Positions 8,120 to 16,176 of a DNA stretch of 52,086 nt are shown here, one piece after another. The notes under the pieces were generated by a model, which was not told the DNA's origin, made no database searches, and worked only from the letters and a program-made list of their open reading frames with translations. Position numbers and translations under genes: made by a program. How positions within the stretch are numbered: position 1 is the first letter of the stretch; every line of letters begins with the position of its first letter. The DNA is taken from positions 1-52,086 of the IMG/VR virus record IMGVR_UViG_3300027362_000002. One strand, given 5' to 3'. The DNA is from a virus (taxonomy: Duplodnaviria > Caudoviricetes).

Positions 8120-9534
8120 ATCTCAGATTCCTCGATTGCCGCCGCCATCTTCGCTTTGCGGGCCGTGTACTTGTCCAACGCCTTCTGTCGGCTGATGTTC
8201 TGATCCCGCGTGCGGGTCAGGCCCATGTAGGTCATCGCCACATCGTTCTTCATGATGGTGATGCATATAGCTTTCCAGCTGGGGCAATGCCGGAATGGGG
8301 TCGAGTAGTTGCTACTTAGTTCATCTGCGAAGTCAGACTTGATGCGCACCACTTCGTAGAGCCTCGGCTTCGTGCAGCGCTTGCTGACTACGTTTGTGTT
8401 TTCAATCTCTAGACCCTCTTCCTTCATGGCCTGGATCACTTCTGGATTGCGACCCCGGCCTTTCTCTGCCCACTCTTTGCGGAAGCGCGCTATCTGATGC
8501 TCGAACTTTTTTTTCGTTCCACCAGGCAGCGTAGATAGCAGGAATTCTGCATACTGCTTCCATGTGAAATGATCCGGCTTCGTGATCGTGCGCCAGCCCA
8601 TAGCTGTTGTACCGCCATAGATGCCGCCGAAGTTGCAGCCGTTGACGCGGCCGACCATGCGTCCCCAGTTGTTAGGGTCGATCACACGGTACAGTTTCAA
8701 GTCGTTCTGTCCGCTCTGATGGAAAGGGCTTGCTACGCGCATCTGGTCGATCGTCAGACCGGCTTGGTAGTACAGGTCATATATCTTGTTGTAGTCAAAC
8801 CCAAACTTCGCGTTGCACGTCCAAATGTCTTCTGTAATCCAGTCATACAGCGGGTAGAAGTTCATCGTGCGCGGATCGACGCGCTTCGTGTACTTCAGAC
8901 CCTTGTGCATCTCCGTGCGCTTGTCGCTGGTGAATATGATTCGCCGTGTCAGTGATTCCTGGGCGCGCAGGCCGATCATTACAGCGGTCGGTCCGTAGGT
9001 GGTTGCGTACCACTCCGCTAACTGTATGCGAGCATCAAAGCCCTTCGTGCCTTTCACGAACGGATATGGGCAGTTGTCCTCGTTGATGACATATGGCTCA
9101 TCTGGCATCGGACGGACCCAAATGTCTTTCTTGTCGCGGTCCCAAGGAATCCAGCGCGGCTCATACATGCTGACAGCGCAGGCCGCAGAGATTGGAAGAC
9201 ACAGCCAATACCGATGCTTCACGTCATGCAGCGTCCCGAACGCTCGCGCCGCGTACTCGTCGGTGAAGCGATAGCCCGCTTCGTAGTCCTCGTAATAGAA
9301 CCCGAGTTTGTGCAGCAGACCGTTCTTCTTCGCGTACTTGTACGTGAGATTGAGCAGCACGCCAGAGTCTTTGCCGCAGGAGAACGCCACTAGCACGTTA
9401 TCGAAGTCGCGGAAGGCGATCGCGATTCGACGCAGCGCCGCCTCTAGAACATTCGTTCTTGTTCTGGTTGACGAGCGCTGATCTTGCCCTTGGCGATCAA
9501 CTCCGCCCGCTTGATGGTCATATAGATTCGACAT
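8116..9534 (-). CDS. ibrA: IbrA/YbdN-like PAPS-reductase (PP-loop) protein with DUF3440-type C-terminus
   Basis: VAFSCGKDSG PP-loop, GLRAQESLTR, YPLYDW...DIW, QMRVASPF, PSWKAICITIMKND. Start uncertain (ATG 9534; ORF open from 9594). Confidence 0.88.
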   Translation of the reverse strand: MSNLYDHQAGGVDRQGQDQRSSTRTRTNVLEAALRRIAIAFRDFDNVLVAFSCGKDSGVLLNLTYKYAKKNGLLHKLGFYYEDYEAGYRFTDEYAARAFGTLHDVKHRYWLCLPISAACAVSMYEPRWIPWDRDKKDIWVRPMPDEPYVINEDNCPYPFVKGTKGFDARIQLAEWYATTYGPTAVMIGLRAQESLTRRIIFTSDKRTEMHKGLKYTKRVDPRTMNFYPLYDWITEDIWTCNAKFGFDYNKIYDLYYQAGLTIDQMRVASPFHQSGQNDLKLYRVIDPNNWGRMVGRVNGCNFGGIYGGTTAMGWRTITKPDHFTWKQYAEFLLSTLPGGTKKKFEHQIARFRKEWAEKGRGRNPEVIQAMKEEGLEIENTNVVSKRCTKPRLYEVVRIKSDFADELSSNYSTPFRHCPSWKAICITIMKNDVAMTYMGLTRTRDQNISRQKALDKYTARKAKMAAAIEESEI

Positions 9535-9716
9535 GGCGGTCGGCTCTGTCCAAGCGTCAACAGGTTCGAATCGTTCTTCATCAAAGCTATGCATATCAGT
9601 CGGTAACTTCCTACCTTGTTTGCATCTTCTAGGCGACTCGGCGCCTCATCCGGCAAGCCATCCGGATATCCCTTCAAAGTCCAGTTGCGGATGTACTTTT
9701 CTAGCTTCTTTCGCAT
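9444..9716 (-). CDS. Small protein resembling the C-terminal DUF3440 segment of IbrA
   Basis: YI..W..KGYPDGLPDEAP..LE...KVGSYRLICIALMKND parallels SWKAICITIMKND in the neighbouring gene. Confidence 0.7.
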   Translation of the reverse strand: MRKKLEKYIRNWTLKGYPDGLPDEAPSRLEDANKVGSYRLICIALMKNDSNLLTLGQSRPPCRIYMTIKRAELIAKGKISARQPEQERMF

Positions 9717-10065
9717 GCTTCCGCTCCCATTCTGCGATTGCACAATCCGCTTGCGTGTTGGCGTCGTCGCGTTGCCGCTGTGTCAGGTGACCCCACGCTT
9801 CGCGCGTAATGTATTCAGGACAATCGATAGCAAGGAAGCAGGCGGCGTGACCGATCCACGCTTGACGGTTCATTGCCGGCTCGGTTAGGTTGTGTTCGCA
9901 AGCGAGCGGCATCGCGTGCAGCACATTCAGCATTGCTGCTCCGTAGCGACATGCATCGCCAGTAAAATCAATAGCGAGACTTAAATAGCGCCGCTGTTCG
10001 GATTCAGAAACGTCTCGCCACATGCCTATGTCTTCCCAGGTCCAGAATGGGTGATAAATCCGCAT
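9646..10065 (-). CDS. Hypothetical Trp-rich protein (MRIYHPFWTWED...)
   Basis: ATG 10065 overlaps the TGA of the repaired MazG-like frame; GAGG RBS upstream. Confidence 0.75.
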   Translation of the reverse strand: MRIYHPFWTWEDIGMWRDVSESEQRRYLSLAIDFTGDACRYGAAMLNVLHAMPLACEHNLTEPAMNRQAWIGHAACFLAIDCPEYITREAWGHLTQRQRDDANTQADCAIAEWERKHAKEARKVHPQLDFEGISGWLAG

Positions 10066-10329
10066 CACTTCACCGACCTCGCGCGCATAGTAGACTCGCG
10101 CCGCAGTTGTTCGACTAGTCGTAACAGGACAGCGGCCAGATCGAGCGCTTCCCGCTCTACAGATCCTAACTTGTTGGAATGCACAGCAACGCGCAACTCG
10201 TCCCACTCCTCTAACGCTACTCACGAGTGCCTCGTGAGTGCTAGCGAAGTCTCCATAACGATAGTAGGCCTCAGACATGCGGTAGCTTACCTCGTCAATC
10301 AGACAATCTGACGCGATGAGCAGACTCAT
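10065..10329 (-). pseudogene. MazG-like nucleotide pyrophosphohydrolase with a +1 frameshift
   Basis: Removing one base (10223) gives FASTHEALGVALEEWDELRVAVHSNKLGSVEREALDLAAVLLR, with the EExxE...ExxD motif of the all-alpha NTP-PPase fold. Confidence 0.75.
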
Positions 10330-10553
10330 CTAATGAGCCGGTACTCGGTCACCCGTCGTCCGTTCCGTACTACTGGCGTGCGCGTGATCCGACCTACCCC
10401 GTACGGGTAGACAAGCCGGCCGTCGTGGTGCGTCATCTCAGCGATGCGCGCGTGAGGGCAGGTCGAGTGCGAGACCATCATCAACTCCCACGTCGTGGCC
10501 TTGCCGTGTGCCTTGAGGTGATCGAGGATCATGCGGTACTGTGTGCGTTTCAT
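10326..10553 (-). CDS. Winged helix-turn-helix protein
   Basis: TQ..MILDHLK..G..T.WE....ARI.E and NGRRV.EYRL pattern. Confidence 0.65.
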   Translation of the reverse strand: MKRTQYRMILDHLKAHGKATTWELMMVSHSTCPHARIAEMTHHDGRLVYPYGVGRITRTPVVRNGRRVTEYRLIR

Positions 10554-10780
10554 ATCTCCGCCTTGCTGAGTTTCTTTAGCCTGTGATGGTCGTTAGGAGC
10601 TAGTCCTGTGATCGTACCTTTTGCGTAGTACTTACCTGCATCAAGGTCTCGTTCACGAGTCTGTGACGCCACACGGGAAAGATACGCGCTATTCATCTTC
10701 CCAAACATAGGTACAAACCCTACCGGCCAGCCGATGCTGAAGGTGTAGCCGGGGCGCTCCCACGGCCTAGTCTTCTTCAT
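10550..10780 (-). CDS. Hypothetical protein
   Basis: Coupled overlaps on both sides. Confidence 0.55.
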   Translation of the reverse strand: MKKTRPWERPGYTFSIGWPVGFVPMFGKMNSAYLSRVASQTRERDLDAGKYYAKGTITGLAPNDHHRLKKLSKAEI

Positions 10781-11102
10781 TGTTCAATACCTTGTTCAGC
10801 CGAGCACCACGTATCCCGCATATCAGCAACGCCTCGTCTATGTGTTTTCGTTCAATGGCATCGTATGCGACTTGAAATCCAAACTCAGCATCTTTGATTG
10901 CAAGTTTAAGACGCTCAATCTCTTGTTCCATGTCGCCTGCGATGGCAATCGCCCTGCTGCCGGTCTCGCAGTATTTGCTAAGTAGATCAATATCCTTGCG
11001 CAGCCGTTCAATCTCGTCTGCCGCATCGTTCCGTAGATGGAAACGATCCGATGATGTCACTCCATCGCTCATGTGATCCCGCAGCCTGACAACAATGTCC
11101 AT
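10767..11102 (-). CDS. Hypothetical coiled-coil protein (MDIVVRLR...AADEIERLR)
   Basis: Recurring phage motif; ATG overlaps the upstream TGA. Confidence 0.6.
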   Translation of the reverse strand: MDIVVRLRDHMSDGVTSSDRFHLRNDAADEIERLRKDIDLLSKYCETGSRAIAIAGDMEQEIERLKLAIKDAEFGFQVAYDAIERKHIDEALLICGIRGARLNKVLNNEED

Positions 11103-11248
11103 CACACGAACCCCACTGCTACGATGAATAACAGCAGCCAGAATGCCACCAGACCGGCACAGATCAGAGGCCACCAACGATAGCGAGCGTACTTGAGGCA
11201 GATACAGTCTCTGCCCTGGCCTACCTCGCAGTAGGAGCATTTATCCAT
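11102..11248 (-). CDS. Small Cys-containing membrane protein
   Basis: GAGG RBS, CxxC...CxC, C-terminal TM. Confidence 0.55.
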   Translation of the reverse strand: MDKCSYCEVGQGRDCICLKYARYRWWPLICAGLVAFWLLLFIVAVGFV

Positions 11249-11257
11249 GCTTACCTC

Positions 11258-11282
11258 AAAAAAAGGCCGACATACGCCGGCC
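11258..11282 (-). terminator. Intrinsic terminator
   Basis: GGCCGGC-GTAT-GTCGGCC followed by T7 on the minus strand. Confidence 0.8.
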
Positions 11283-11365
11283 GAAGTGACAGCAACGCGG
11301 GGAGAACGCGCGGACATGGAGGAGAGAACCGCCCAGGCGGGAATCCTCGGACATGACTGTCACGG
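11258..11365 (-). ncRNA. Candidate small RNA with anti-Shine-Dalgarno-like CUCCUCC/CUCCC motifs
   Basis: Intergenic; GTGACAG/CTGTCAC closing stem, exposed C/U tracts, ends in the terminator. Confidence 0.4.
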
Positions 11366-11583
11366 GTGAATGATACATGATCCTGTGTCCGATTATGGGA
11401 GCAAACCTGCGCACGCCTTGTAAATCCGAACATCCTTCTTGCTCCGGTTGTGGCCAAGTTACGCGAAACGCGTGTCGCCTATAACACGTTGTGCAGCATG
11501 CTCACTGCTGCGGCTCTTTGATGCGCCGAATGGCGGCCTCTACCGCCTCGGTGCGGGTCGCGGGCCACGGACGGCGCATTGGG

Positions 11584-11682
11584 GCCTAACTGGTCGTTCG
11601 AGCCGAGTGCCCCCGGCGTATCGGTTGTGCTCATTCGTTGCCTTTTCTGGCCGGGTGCACCGGCTCAACTCCAACGTTCGGC
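11584..11682 (+). mobile_element. Solitary integron-type attC site
   Basis: R'' GCCTAAC, 5 nt, L'' GTTCGAGC, palindromic centre, L' GCTCAAC, 6 nt, R' GTTCGGC. Confidence 0.75.
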
Positions 11683-11683
11683 G

Positions 11684-12073
11684 TCACGCGCCGATCGTGA
11701 CAATCTTGGCGGGGTGAACGCGCTCAGCCAGTTCGCTCAGCGGATCAATGCTTTCGTGCGCGGCCTCCGGCATTGGCGCCACGTCGAACCATTCACCAAG
11801 CGTCTCCACCATCATTGATAACCAGCGCTGATGGTTCTCTGGGGTCACGTCTTCGCCAGTCACAGCCTCCAACTTCGGGAACTGAGCCAGCAGATGCGGT
11901 CGGCTCTCGCGCATCACCCGGCCGAGTTGATGTGTCCATACTGGCTCGCCTGCTAAGTGCTGCGCGATACGGTAGATGCCATCCATGCCGCTCGTCCCAA
12001 GTAGTTTCCCTGTGGTCATACTCAGCACATCGCCGATGTGGAATCGTTGTGTGTTCAAATCGTTAGGCATCAC
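11684..12073 (-). CDS. Hypothetical protein abutting attC
   Basis: 129-aa ORF whose stop is adjacent to the attC R' box. Confidence 0.7.
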   Translation of the reverse strand: MMPNDLNTQRFHIGDVLSMTTGKLLGTSGMDGIYRIAQHLAGEPVWTHQLGRVMRESRPHLLAQFPKLEAVTGEDVTPENHQRWLSMMVETLGEWFDVAPMPEAAHESIDPLSELAERVHPAKIVTIGA

Positions 12074-12344
12074 GATTCGCCATCCTCTCGATAGTCCACG
12101 CTAGCGCATCCATCTCGTCCATGCACGCCAGTCGCCATCGGGACCGGTCGCCGTGGATGCCTGAACGGCCAGTATGGCAGTCTTCGCACAACGGGATCGT
12201 GAGCCAGTCCTGCGCACGCTGAGACATCCCTTGGCCTTCCCTGACATGGTGGGCCTGGGTGTGCGATGTCTGCGTCTCGCCAAGCTCTGTGCAGACCACG
12301 CACGGTAGAGCGTGGACTAGGTGCATGTACTGCTTACCTGTCAT
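12063..12344 (-). CDS. Ref-like (DUF968-type) HNH nuclease
   Basis: LPCVVC...AHHVREGQGMSQRA.DW.TIPLCEDCH...GIHG. Confidence 0.75.
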   Translation of the reverse strand: MTGKQYMHLVHALPCVVCTELGETQTSHTQAHHVREGQGMSQRAQDWLTIPLCEDCHTGRSGIHGDRSRWRLACMDEMDALAWTIERMANRDA

Positions 12345-12558
12345 TCTGGATACTTTCAACTATCTTCAGATCCTCGTCAGTCAGTTTTGGTTGAGCCTCC
12401 AAATCTGATGGGCACACATCAATGATGGAGAACTCGCCGAGAGATAGGAAACTCAGCATTGAACGAACAAGTTCGGCTTTTGTCGCAAACCGAGCTACAT
12501 GCTTATAGTCCGTACCTTTGTAGACTTTCATCTCGTAACTTTTGTATTGGTGTGTCAT
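12334..12558 (-). CDS. Hypothetical protein
   Basis: GGAG RBS; ATGA overlap with the NinB stop. Confidence 0.55.
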   Translation of the reverse strand: MTHQYKSYEMKVYKGTDYKHVARFATKAELVRSMLSFLSLGEFSIIDVCPSDLEAQPKLTDEDLKIVESIQNDR

Positions 12559-12938
12559 GCTTGCTCCGTGTGTTGCGCGTGCCAACTTTCCGCGTAGTCG
12601 ATCAGTGACGACATCCGAGACTTGCTCATTTGAGCGGTGTACTCTCTGAGGTTGATGATCTGATGGTCCTCAATACCCGGCACCATCTCTGAGCCTTGTT
12701 TCGTGGCAGCAGAATGGCCGGCAATGAGAAGTATTTTCCAATCATCCTTTGAGCGTCGCTTTCCAAACCATAGAATTCCACTTCTAGCAAGGTCGGTGCA
12801 GATTGCGTGGAATCTAGCTGATTGCTCTGCATTGCGGGTTGCCTCTTTGATCGTGACGACTTGACCTATCTGCGCCTCACGAACAGCGTCTAGCGCGCGC
12901 TTTCTGCGATCCTCGTCGAGCAGGACTATTTGGCGCAT
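12555..12938 (-). CDS. ninB: NinB/Orf-family recombination protein
   Basis: RN.EQ.ARFHA...D.A, W.G.....DWK, MVPG, T..MSK..MS.LIDY..SW. Confidence 0.85.
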   Translation of the reverse strand: MRQIVLLDEDRRKRALDAVREAQIGQVVTIKEATRNAEQSARFHAICTDLARSGILWFGKRRSKDDWKILLIAGHSAATKQGSEMVPGIEDHQIINLREYTAQMSKSRMSSLIDYAESWHAQHTEQA

Positions 12939-13090
12939 TGAAGTCTCTTGATCTTGCGACTCAGACGGCGTAAGCCCTTCTGCTGTTGAACAATGACCTT
13001 CCACGCGTGGTACAGCAGCGCCTGATAGCGATAGCTGTCGGCCAAGTTGCGATCAGCCAGCGTGCGATAGTGCTCGGTCAATTGGTCCAT
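12926..13090 (-). CDS. Hypothetical 54-aa protein (below ORF-track cutoff)
   Basis: MDQLTEHYRTLADRNLADSYRYQALLYHAWKVIVQQQKGLRRLSRKIKRLQCAK fills the gap; ATG overlaps the upstream TGA. Confidence 0.55.
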   Translation of the reverse strand: MDQLTEHYRTLADRNLADSYRYQALLYHAWKVIVQQQKGLRRLSRKIKRLQCAK

Positions 13091-13347
13091 CAGAAAGGTA
13101 TGTCATCATCCATGTCATCGAACGAACCACTTACTTGCGCCGGCCGCTTGGTGCGCGTCACAGGACGTTCCTCTTTCGGCGTGAACGCGAGACTCATGAA
13201 CTTGCCGTTCTTGCCCGTCTTGATCCAAGCTGACAGCCAGAACTCCTGACCGTTCACGGTACAGGTTCCCTTGTAGTCAGGCCAGTTCGGATTCCCGCCT
13301 TCCTTATCGTTGCGGAACAGGATGCCGGAGTTGTCGCGTTCGTTCAT
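13090..13347 (-). CDS. Phage single-stranded DNA-binding protein (short type)
   Basis: SG.LFRN...PDYKG...W.SAW and an acidic DDMDDDIPF tail; near ERF. Confidence 0.8.
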   Translation of the reverse strand: MNERDNSGILFRNDKEGGNPNWPDYKGTCTVNGQEFWLSAWIKTGKNGKFMSLAFTPKEERPVTRTKRPAQVSGSFDDMDDDIPF

Positions 13348-13568
13348 GGCTTGTTATCCTTCATTTGTCCCATGCTGCGCAGGATCATCTCCGGCGACAG
13401 GTACACAGTCTGGTCTCCACGGAACTGCCCGCCTGACACCTCGATGATCTGCCCCAACTTCTCTGGTGCGCACCTGTCAATGGCTAGGGCCGCCAGCACA
13501 TCAGCACGAGCACGATACTTTGTCTCGTAGTGCCAGTCCATATCGCCGCTCCTGACTCGGTACTTCAT
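13344..13568 (-). CDS. Hypothetical protein
   Basis: ATGA overlaps on both sides. Confidence 0.6.
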   Translation of the reverse strand: MKYRVRSGDMDWHYETKYRARADVLAALAIDRCAPEKLGQIIEVSGGQFRGDQTVYLSPEMILRSMGQMKDNKP

Positions 13569-14245
13569 GTCTTCACCTTTGCGGCCTCGCGCTCAAGGCG
13601 CAATTGTTCCTTGATGAACGAGCGAACCTTTGAGTGCGCGCCGAGCCGGTCTGCGAGATAAATCTTCTCGTCGTTCTCGCCGTACTGCCGGACAATGCGC
13701 ATCACGGCAGCCTCTTTGCCTTCCGCAAACTGTTCGATGATGTATTGGGATGCTTCGTCCAGTTCATTTCTGCGCTCATCGGTAAGGTCGAGCGACTTCG
13801 CTGATTCCTTCACCGCGGAGATTTTCATACTTTCGTCTTTGCGCGCGTTCGTATCGTTTCCTGTGACCGCATCCAGCGCGTCATGCTCGACGATTTCGAG
13901 CGCTGACATCCACAGATAGCGCCGCTGGTATGTCTCCACTGCGCCGATGTTTTGTACCTCGTGGCATCCTTTTAACGAAGCGGAGCCGAGTGGACTATTG
14001 ATGACGATTGCTCCGTCAGGCGGTCCAATGCCAATCTCAACATCCACGATGGTCATGTCCGCTTGGTCTTTCTGGAAAGAAACAATCGCGCACAGCCCAA
14101 CTTCGTCAAATATTCTCAGGGCTGGTACGAGGAAATCCGCAAGCTCGAAGTAGTTGTAGCCGGCGAACTTGTTCTGCCCGCTCTTTTTCAGTTCCAGCGA
14201 GTGGAACTGCCTGCGCGCTGCGTTCAGTTTCTGATAGATGTTCAT
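13565..14245 (-). CDS. erf: ERF-family ssDNA-annealing protein
   Basis: IYQKL..AR, KKSG.NKFAGY.YFEL.D, Q.IGA..TY.RRY. Start at 14245 or 14293. Confidence 0.85.
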   Translation of the reverse strand: MNIYQKLNAARRQFHSLELKKSGQNKFAGYNYFELADFLVPALRIFDEVGLCAIVSFQKDQADMTIVDVEIGIGPPDGAIVINSPLGSASLKGCHEVQNIGAVETYQRRYLWMSALEIVEHDALDAVTGNDTNARKDESMKISAVKESAKSLDLTDERRNELDEASQYIIEQFAEGKEAAVMRIVRQYGENDEKIYLADRLGAHSKVRSFIKEQLRLEREAAKVKT

Positions 14246-14289
14246 TTTCCAATTGCTCACACAGTCCAACTGTCTGATACCACTAACCG

Positions 14290-14487
14290 TCACTCATCGC
14301 GCACTTTTAGCATTGAGTCTGCAATGGCGTATGCGTATTTGGCGATTGCAAACCTCGTGCTTTCGTGTGGGAATGCCTCATCTGCCGACAACAACAAGCG
14401 GTCATTTGCTATGGCCGCAAGCGTCTGAGCAGCGAAGTAGTCACGCAAACTTATACCTTCGTCAGGACGCTCGCCGAGCACAATCAT
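14290..14487 (-). CDS. Conserved phage protein (G.SLRDYFAA...AY.IAD.ML)
   Basis: Recognisable recurring phage motif. Confidence 0.7.
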   Translation of the reverse strand: MIVLGERPDEGISLRDYFAAQTLAAIANDRLLLSADEAFPHESTRFAIAKYAYAIADSMLKVRDE

Positions 14488-14729
14488 GGCGTACTCCAAA
14501 AATGCACCAACACCGCCGCCAGCAGGATACCGATCACGGTTGCCACCATCACGCCTGCGGCTTTGTTAGCTTTATGCCCAGTGATCGGGGTTGCGTACTG
14601 CACACGGGTCTGGACCTGTGAGCCGTTCACGTTGCGCAGCATCTTGGATGTGTCCACGTATTCGCTCCAGTCGTAGTCTTCAGCCATCATCAGTCCCATT
14701 TCATCCGAGGTCTGGTCAGGCCGCGCCAC
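14484..14729 (-). CDS. Hypothetical membrane protein
   Basis: C-terminal TM; start uncertain. Confidence 0.5.
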   Translation of the reverse strand: MARPDQTSDEMGLMMAEDYDWSEYVDTSKMLRNVNGSQVQTRVQYATPITGHKANKAAGVMVATVIGILLAAVLVHFWSTP

Positions 14730-14923
14730 TCAACCGATAATTGACCGTATTGTTTGTTGCTCTTGCGAAAGTCTGCTTCAGAATTGGAGTCTCCGATTGA
14801 CACTGCCCATGACCAGTAACAACCGTTCCAGTACATCCGCGTATTAGGATTGCGGCTTAATGATGCGTTGTACCAACCTACTCGCGTAGGATTGGCCTTG
14901 CTCCACGGCGTCATCTTATCCAC
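14690..14923 (-). CDS. Hypothetical Trp-rich protein
   Basis: TPW...P.RVGWY...YWNG..W...WRGL pattern. Confidence 0.6.
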   Translation of the reverse strand: MDKMTPWSKANPTRVGWYNASLSRNPNTRMYWNGCYWSWAVSIGDSNSEADFRKSNKQYGQLSVEWRGLTRPRMKWD

Positions 14924-15278
14924 GATCGTGCATCCATGCGGCTAGAACCATCGCATTGAACTTGCCGTCCATCTGCGTCCAATGAGGGTGGGGCCGGCGG
15001 AGTAAGTCTGCCTCGCGCCGATACGTATCTTCTAGCGGCACCCGAAGGTCGGCCCCGTAAACTTCACCATGCGCGTCACTGAGCGTGTACCCAGGTGTCT
15101 GAGCGAGGCGGAACTCGCGCGAGACCTTGACTAGACTATCAAGAAATGGACTTGGGTAGATGATGCCGTCTTTGGCCATCAGCAAAGGCACCGGATATGC
15201 GCTCTGCTCGTGCGGGTTGTATGTATACCTCGCGCGAGTGCAGAAATAGTCGCACATATCGTGATCTGAGTATGTCAT
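14916..15278 (-). CDS. Hypothetical protein
   Basis: ATGA coupling with the upstream ORF. Confidence 0.6.
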   Translation of the reverse strand: MTYSDHDMCDYFCTRARYTYNPHEQSAYPVPLLMAKDGIIYPSPFLDSLVKVSREFRLAQTPGYTLSDAHGEVYGADLRVPLEDTYRREADLLRRPHPHWTQMDGKFNAMVLAAWMHDRG

Positions 15279-15853
15279 AACCATTCCTCGAAACACTCAT
15301 TGACCAACAACGCAAAATCATCTCGTGCCGCAACCCATGCCGCATCCCATGCCGCAGCCCGTGCCGCATCCCATGCCGCATCCCATGCCGCATCCAATGC
15401 CACAGCCCGTACCGCAGCCCATGCCGCATCCCGTGCAGCAGCCAGTGCAGCAGTCCGTACCGCATCCAGTGCAGCAGCCCGTGCCGCATCCCGTGCCGCA
15501 TCATCGCCAGTCATTATCCAGTCGAGCACTACGTCAGGCGCATTCCATAGATGCACCACAGACAAAGCCTGCATGCGAGCGTAATATCTCAGCATATCCG
15601 TTGCATTCATGCTCGCTATGATCGTTCGGTCCCAACAGCACACCTTGTCATTGTGCGTTGTTACTATCCTGTCAACGTCCACCAAGTGCAGAATCTGCCC
15701 TGGCGCGTGTTGCAGTGCATCGAACGGATGCAAAGAAGCATGCAGACCTTGCTGACACATGATAGGCGCAACAGGCGAAACAAGCTTCACACCTACAGGC
15801 GGGATCGGAGAGCCGTCGCGCAAAGTATTTCCTGTGAAGTGCCACGCTCTCAT
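15275..15853 (-). CDS. Phage protein with AARD/AAWD tetrapeptide repeats
   Basis: C..GLHAS...DAL..A N-terminal domain followed by the repeat tract. Confidence 0.75.
   Translation of the reverse strand: MRAWHFTGNTLRDGSPIPPVGVKLVSPVAPIMCQQGLHASLHPFDALQHAPGQILHLVDVDRIVTTHNDKVCCWDRTIIASMNATDMLRYYARMQALSVVHLWNAPDVVLDWIMTGDDAARDAARAAALDAVRTAALAAARDAAWAAVRAVALDAAWDAAWDAARAAAWDAAWVAARDDFALLVNECFEEWL
15325..15502. repeat. Degenerate 12-bp tandem repeat (TGCCGCATCCCR type)
   Basis: Visible tandem units encoding A-A-(R/W/L)-(D/A). Confidence 0.85.
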
Positions 15854-16176
15854 GAGAGTTCCATTCTGATGAATTCAGCCTCGTGCGCGTCTTCGTGCCG
15901 CAGGGCCATAGTTGACAGCGCCTCACACGCCAGATCATCCCCGAATTGGGCCTGACGCGAGACAATCGTTATGAAGTCCAGTAGTAAGCCATCGTCATCT
16001 AGCAGCATCTTAATCACCACATCGTAGGCAGCGGTCGTCGTATCACCGTGCTCTGACCATGCCGGAGTCGAGATGTGAATAGTCGGGTCTACCCTCAGTG
16101 CGTATAGGAATTCATCGCACAGGTGTTGCCTGACGTTTTCTGCGGTCAGCTTCATGCCCGAGTCCAATAGACGCAA
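15850..16176 (-). CDS. Hypothetical protein
   Basis: Tiles the operon; start may be 16155. Confidence 0.6.
   Translation of the reverse strand: MRLLDSGMKLTAENVRQHLCDEFLYALRVDPTIHISTPAWSEHGDTTTAAYDVVIKMLLDDDGLLLDFITIVSRQAQFGDDLACEALSTMALRHEDAHEAEFIRMELS

Noticed and set aside
9646-10329. 227-aa ORF as one natural protein
   Set aside because: Better explained as a frameshifted MazG-like gene reading into a separate gene that starts at 10065.
11459-11494. Second attC (…GCCTATAACACGTTGTGC)
   Set aside because: Only a possible right-hand remnant; no matching R''/L'' boxes with correct spacing.
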